Below the pieces are notes generated by a model that saw only the letters and a list, made by a program, of their open reading frames with translations, did not search any database and was not told the DNA's origin. DNA of 63,880 nucleotides, filler included, from Vicugna vicugna (taxonomy: Eukaryota): assembly GCA_013265495.1 (NCBI GenBank). It is 77 parts of 74 records of this genome, joined end to end, with 100 filler letters (N's around TTAATTAATTAA, not from the genome) between each part and the next. Parts side by side here need not be neighbours in the genome. Positions count along the whole stretch, not along the records: positions 62,214 to 63,361 come from MU060840.1; positions 63,462 to 63,880 come from PNXW01016255.1; 75 more parts are not named here. One strand, written 5' to 3'. Position numbers and translations under genes: made by a program. Shown in pieces: positions 62,214 through 63,880 of the stretch (its first letter is position 1; every line of letters begins with the position of its first letter).

Positions 62214-63361
62214 CAGGGGAGACGAGCTTAGGCATTCCGTTAGAACCCAACCGCTGCCAACCGTTGGTGGAACCTCCACACGCTGAGGATTCCGGAACCA
62301 TTTTCAGTGCGAGGGGGTGCTTGAGAGACAACTCCACGCAGCTCTCTTCAGTCACAGGTGTACCTTGTTGGGGGAAGTCCGAGAAACACCTTCCCTGACC
62401 TGGGGAGGCAGCCTCTGTCTCTGGGATATCCTGCAAATCACTCTAGCATTCCCTGGCACAGACACATTAGGAAAANNNNNNNNNNNNNNNNNNNNNNNNN
62501 NNNNNNNNNNNNNNNNNNNNNNNNNNNNNNNNNNNNNNNNNNNNNNNNNNNNNNNNNNNNNNNNNNNNNNNNNNNNNNNNNNNNNNNNNNNNNNNNNNNN
62601 NNNNNNNNNNNNNNNNNNNNNNNNNNNNNNNNNNNNNNNNNNNNNNNNNNNNNNNNNNNNNNNNNNNNNNNNNNNNNNNNNNNNNNNNNNNNNNNNNNNN
62701 NNNNNNNNNNNNNNNNNNNNNNNNNNNNNNNNNNNNNNNNNNNNNNNNNNNNNNNNNNNNNNNNNNNNNNNNNNNNNNNNNNNNNNNNNNNNNNNNNNNN
62801 NNNNNNNNNNNNNNNNNNNNNNNNNNNNNNNNNNNNNNNNNNNNNNNNNNNNNNNNNNNNNNNNNNNNNNNNNNNNNNNNNNNNNNNNNNNNNNNNNNNN
62901 NNNNNNNNNNNNNNNNNNNNNNNNNNNNNNNNNNNNNNNNNNNNNNNNNNNNNNNNNNNNNNNNNNNNNNNNNNNNNNNNNNNNNNNNNNNNNNNNNNNN
63001 NNNNNNNNNNNNNNNNNNNNNNNNNNNNNNNNNNNNNNNNNNNNNNNNNNNNNNNNNNNNNNNNNNNNNNNNNNNNNNNNNNNNNNNNNNNNNNNNNNNN
63101 NNNNNNNNNNNNNNNNNNNNNNNNNNNNCTCTCTTCAGTCACAGGTGTTCCCTGTTCGGGGAAGTCCGAGAAAAACTTTCCCTGACCTTGGGGAGGCAGC
63201 CTCTGTCACTGGGATATCCTGCAAAACCCCCTAGCATTCCCCGGCACAGAGACATTAGGAAAACCCTCAGGGGAGATGAGCTTAAGCTTTCCGTTAGAAC
63301 ACACGCGCTGTCGAAACTGGTGGAACCTCCTCACGCTCAGGATTCCGGAACCATTGTCAGT
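62214..63361 (+). repeat. SatA
   Basis: 267-bp unit motifs on both sides of a gap. Confidence 0.95.
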
Positions 63362-63461
63362 NNNNNNNNNNNNNNNNNNNNNNNNNNNNNNNNNNNNNNN
63401 NNNNNTTAATTAATTAANNNNNNNNNNNNNNNNNNNNNNNNNNNNNNNNNNNNNNNNNNNN

Positions 63462-63880
63462 ATTAACAAAACTAGAATTTAATATCCACTAAAATATAAA
63501 CTTTTTCTCTATAAAGTTACCCTCATTTTTCTCAAACATAGCCAAATAAAGATTTATTTGTTTACAAGTTAATTCTGATTATTTGATCATATAGGCTTTT
63601 TTAAATTGGCTGTGTTGGAACTTTAAATAAGGAGTCTCAGGGTAGAATGTTAATAAGGTTTTCTAAGGCCAGGAAAGCCACGTCAAGGGCTTGACATGGA
63701 TTTCTGCCGTACAGATTTAGGTAAATTATTTTCTAGTTAAATTCCAAGTTAAATTCCTTAAAGTGCATTGAGATTCCTATATCTGTTAGGAGATGATCTT
63801 CCTAATTTGTCTGATAGAGCCACTGGGGACCTGATAGTTTTTAGTCTCTTGAGGGATCAGATAGAAAATATAACTGTTCC
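63462..63880 (-). mobile_element. Probable ERV1-class internal segment (same type as 49549-50292, opposite strand)
   Basis: TTGATCATATAGGCTTTTTTAAATTGGCTGTGTTGGAACTTT is the reverse complement of AAAGTTCCAACATAGCCAATTTAAAAGAGCCTATATGATCAA at ~50045. Confidence 0.65.

Larger units (their letters stand above)
1056..63461. other. Artificial scaffold-joining spacers N44-TTAATTAATTAA-N44 (~76 copies; first 1056-1155, last 63362-63461)
   Basis: Identical 12-mer flanked by 44 N on each side (12-mers at 1100, 2020, 2864, 3895, 5108 ... 62158, 63406). The palindrome gives TAA stops in all six frames, and sequence class changes abruptly at most of them. Confidence 0.98.

Noticed and set aside
667..63409. 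Long ORFs in the track (e.g. 24433-25788, 26914-28086, 54576-55517)
   Set aside because: Their length comes from N runs translated as X; the flanks are satellite DNA.
1100..63417. Regularly recurring palindromic TTAATTAATTAA as a CRISPR-like array, recombination site or regulatory element
   Set aside because: It is always embedded in 44+44 N. It is an assembly linker, the DNA is mammalian, and there are no cas genes.

Overview
This is not a contiguous locus. It is a synthetic concatenation of about 77 short unplaced mammalian scaffolds (~0.1-2.2 kb, many with internal N gaps), joined by an artificial 100-bp spacer (44 N + TTAATTAATTAA + 44 N, a six-frame stop linker). Adjacency between pieces therefore has no biological meaning. 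No intact protein-coding gene, RNA gene or CRISPR array is supported. About 40% of the pieces are satellite DNA. Periods measured by eye: SatA, a homogeneous GC/CpG-rich 267-bp monomer; SatD, divergent 267-bp monomers in a multimeric higher-order repeat (HOR), homologous to SatA; SatB, an AT/CATG-rich 3x247-bp (~741-bp) HOR; SatC, a homogeneous 249-bp monomer homologous to SatB; a 7-bp AGAATAT-based satellite with its own long-range structure; and a 16-bp GC-rich tandem repeat. These names are my own labels. The rest is decayed LINE-1, MaLR/ERV LTR pieces, MER2/Tigger-type, MIR and L2 fragments, and a few non-TE segments. Two of the non-TE segments recur as diverged paralogs, one carrying a conserved NRF1 palindrome and splice donor. 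The L1 style and absence of young SINEs suggest a cetartiodactyl, possibly a camelid (inference). All TE family names come from remembered consensus similarity, not a database search. Satellite strands are relative to an arbitrary consensus orientation.
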